From Burkholderiales bacterium (lineage in GTDB: Bacteria > Pseudomonadota > Gammaproteobacteria > Burkholderiales > Ga0077523), in the NCBI GenBank assembly GCA_040373665.1, contig JBEICA010000002.1, positions 1 through 45,440 on the forward strand: a DNA stretch of 45,440 nucleotides. The letters run 5' to 3'. Both the position numbers and the translations under genes were made by a program. Of this stretch, positions 43,678-45,440 are shown piece after piece (positions within the stretch are counted from its first letter, which is position 1; each line of letters opens with the position of its first letter). The notes under the pieces were generated by a model. The model saw nothing but the letters and a program-made list of their open reading frames with translations, searched no databases and had not been told where the DNA came from.

Positions 43678-45440
43678 GCTGTCGCTCCCGGACCGATCTC
43701 GTGCAGACGGCCCTCAAGATCGATGAGCGCGGTGCGGACCACGTGCCCGGGCCACAGCTGTTCGGCGGCGGCGCGGTACTCACGCATCTGTGCCATGTAG
43801 GGCGCGTCGTCGGCAAGTCCGGCCAACGCGGTCACGCCGGTCTTGTAATCGAGCACCCAGAGCCCGTCGTCGCGCAGCACGACGCGATCCATGCGCCGAA
43901 TTTCTCCGCTGGATCCGACGTAGGCGACCTCGTTGCGCGCCCAACGATACCGACCGGGATCGAAGAAGCCCTGCAGGGCCGGTGTCGCCAGCACCGAGCG
44001 GGCCTGGGCGAAGTCGGCCGCAAAAACCGGCGCAGGCACGTCAAGCTGGTCCTGCAGCCAGCCCTCGTCCCCGACCGGGTCGGGCGCCGACAGTTGCTCG
44101 AGCAACCAGTGGATGCGCTCACCGCGCTCGGTGGCGGGGGTTGCGTCCTCGTTGCCGCGCGTGCCCACCGGCGCGATCGGCCCGAGGCCCGCGGCCGGAG
44201 ACGCGACATCGTCCGAGGATGGACCGACCGGGCCGCCGACCGGGCCGGGCCCGGCGTCCAGGTCCTGACCGTGGAACGACCGCCCGCCCAGCGCCGTCTC
44301 GACGCGCCGGTACCAGGTATCCGGCGGATCCCCCCTGCCGGGCACCGTACCGCTGACGACGAGACCCTGGCGTGCACGGGTCAGCGCCACGTAAAGCGCG
44401 TTGAGCTCTTCCCGGCGCGCAGCATCGCGCTCCCGCGCGAGCAGGTCCGCCTGGGACGGCACGTCCTCCTCGGCCTTGGTGCGGGCGCAGACCCGCACGG
44501 GACGGTCTTCGCCGGAGGGCCACTCGACCAGCACCTCATAGCTGTCCGCGCGATCCAGCCGGTGCGTGTCCACCAGAAAGACGATCGGCGCCTCGAGGCC
44601 TTTGGCACCGTGGATGGTGAGCAGGCGCACGGCGTCGTCGCCGGTCTCGACCACGCCCTCGTCCGGGGCCTCCTCGTCCGCGCCATCGCGCATCTGCTCC
44701 AGCGCGTGCACGAACCCCGGCAGGCTCGGATAGCGGCCGGCATCGATGGACAGCGCCAGCTCCATGAAGGCGAGCAGGTTGGCGCAGGCGGTCTCGGCCA
44801 GCGCTGCCGGCACGGCGGCACGATAACGCCGCAGGAGATCGCCCTCGAAGTAGATGCGGTCCAGCAGGTCGTGCACCGGGAGGCGGTCGGCCAGCGGCAG
44901 CCAGCGCGACAGCAGCCGATGTGCACGTTCGAGGCGCTCGCCAGATTCGCCGGCGGTCGCCCGGGCCTGAAGCCTGTGCCACCAGGCGGCACCCGGCTGC
45001 CCGGCCAGGGCGATCAGGTCCTCGTCGGTGCAGGAGAACAGCGGCGAGCGCAACGCCCGCGCCAGATCGAGGTCTGCGAAGGGTGTCACCAGAAAGCGCA
45101 GCAGGCTCTGCAGATCGATGCTCTCCAGCCTGTCGAGCAGCCCGCCGTGCCGTGACGTGAGGAAAGGAATTCCCCGCTCCCGCAGCTCCGCCTCGAAATC
45201 CGGCAGGTGACGCCGGGTGCGCACGAGAATCATGACGTCGGACCAGCGCGCCGTTCGGGTGCCGCCCTCGTGCGCGACCTGCCAGACGCCGACGATGCCA
45301 CGAATGCGCTCCGCCACCGCACCCGCCTCGGTGGTGCGCGCGCCTCGGGCCGCGCCGGCCCGCGCCCGCGTGAGCGGGTCGCGCAGCGCGTCATCCGCGG
45401 CCGCCGTGTCGGCGTCGTCGGTCAGCGCGGGCGCGAGGGG
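43674..45440 (-). CDS. UvrD-type helicase / PD-(D/E)XK nuclease fusion (AddA-like), C-terminal about 588 codons; the N-terminus lies beyond the right edge
   Basis: The frame stays open to position 45440. UvrD C-terminal helicase motifs are present (ILVRTRR, LLTIHGAKGLEAPIVFL, LNALYVALTRARQGLVV), as is the terminal nuclease motif RMDRVVLRDDGLWVLDYKTG. Confidence 0.85.
   Translation of the reverse strand, partial: PLAPALTDDADTAAADDALRDPLTRARAGAARGARTTEAGAVAERIRGIVGVWQVAHEGGTRTARWSDVMILVRTRRHLPDFEAELRERGIPFLTSRHGGLLDRLESIDLQSLLRFLVTPFADLDLARALRSPLFSCTDEDLIALAGQPGAAWWHRLQARATAGESGERLERAHRLLSRWLPLADRLPVHDLLDRIYFEGDLLRRYRAAVPAALAETACANLLAFMELALSIDAGRYPSLPGFVHALEQMRDGADEEAPDEGVVETGDDAVRLLTIHGAKGLEAPIVFLVDTHRLDRADSYEVLVEWPSGEDRPVRVCARTKAEEDVPSQADLLARERDAARREELNALYVALTRARQGLVVSGTVPGRGDPPDTWYRRVETALGGRSFHGQDLDAGPGPVGGPVGPSSDDVASPAAGLGPIAPVGTRGNEDATPATERGERIHWLLEQLSAPDPVGDEGWLQDQLDVPAPVFAADFAQARSVLATPALQGFFDPGRYRWARNEVAYVGSSGEIRRMDRVVLRDDGLWVLDYKTGVTALAGLADDAPYMAQMREYRAAAEQLWPGHVVRTALIDLEGRLHEIGPGATA

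Overview
High-GC proteobacterial chromosomal segment, roughly two-thirds G+C by eye. It is densely coding: about 47 protein genes, two of them partial at the window edges. I found no rRNA, tRNA, CRISPR array, integrase or transposase by eye. The left third is housekeeping (ribF', murJ, rpsT, argF, argG, ppnP, yajQ, folE2, dxs-ispA-xseB), interspersed with a MORN-repeat exported protein, a stand-alone proteasome-beta/HslV-like Ntn hydrolase, and a Rieske oxygenase gene interrupted by an in-frame TAG. The centre holds a STAS-rhodanese fusion, an FAD monooxygenase, a hybrid histidine kinase with a small periplasmic partner, and a chagasin-type inhibitor lipoprotein. Exactly at the window midpoint is a translationally coupled pair: a MoxR-type AAA+ ATPase and a vWA protein carrying an N-terminal HExxH zincin domain. 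It is divergent from a Zn-ribbon NUDIX gene. I consider this pair the best candidate for an uncharacterised system. To the right lie an MrfA/MrfB-like DUF1998 helicase + RNase-H-fold exonuclease pair and a LysR-controlled tartrate dehydrogenase/Tat-HAD operon. Next comes a visibly lower-GC metal-homeostasis island (about 34.2-40.9 kb). It contains a short NiCoT-like transporter, two COG0523 GTPases (one with a large insert, one with a degenerate G4 motif), a WD40 protein, a Tat-exported cyclase-family protein and a Fur/Zur-like regulator. The island's promoter regions share a recurring GCAAY-N3-RTTGC palindrome. The window ends with ctaA/cox15, three small conserved membrane or hypothetical genes, and the 3' part of an AddA-like helicase-nuclease. 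Many long ORFs in the six-frame track are antisense artefacts of the high GC content and were rejected. All functional calls rest on motif recognition by eye. No database search was run.
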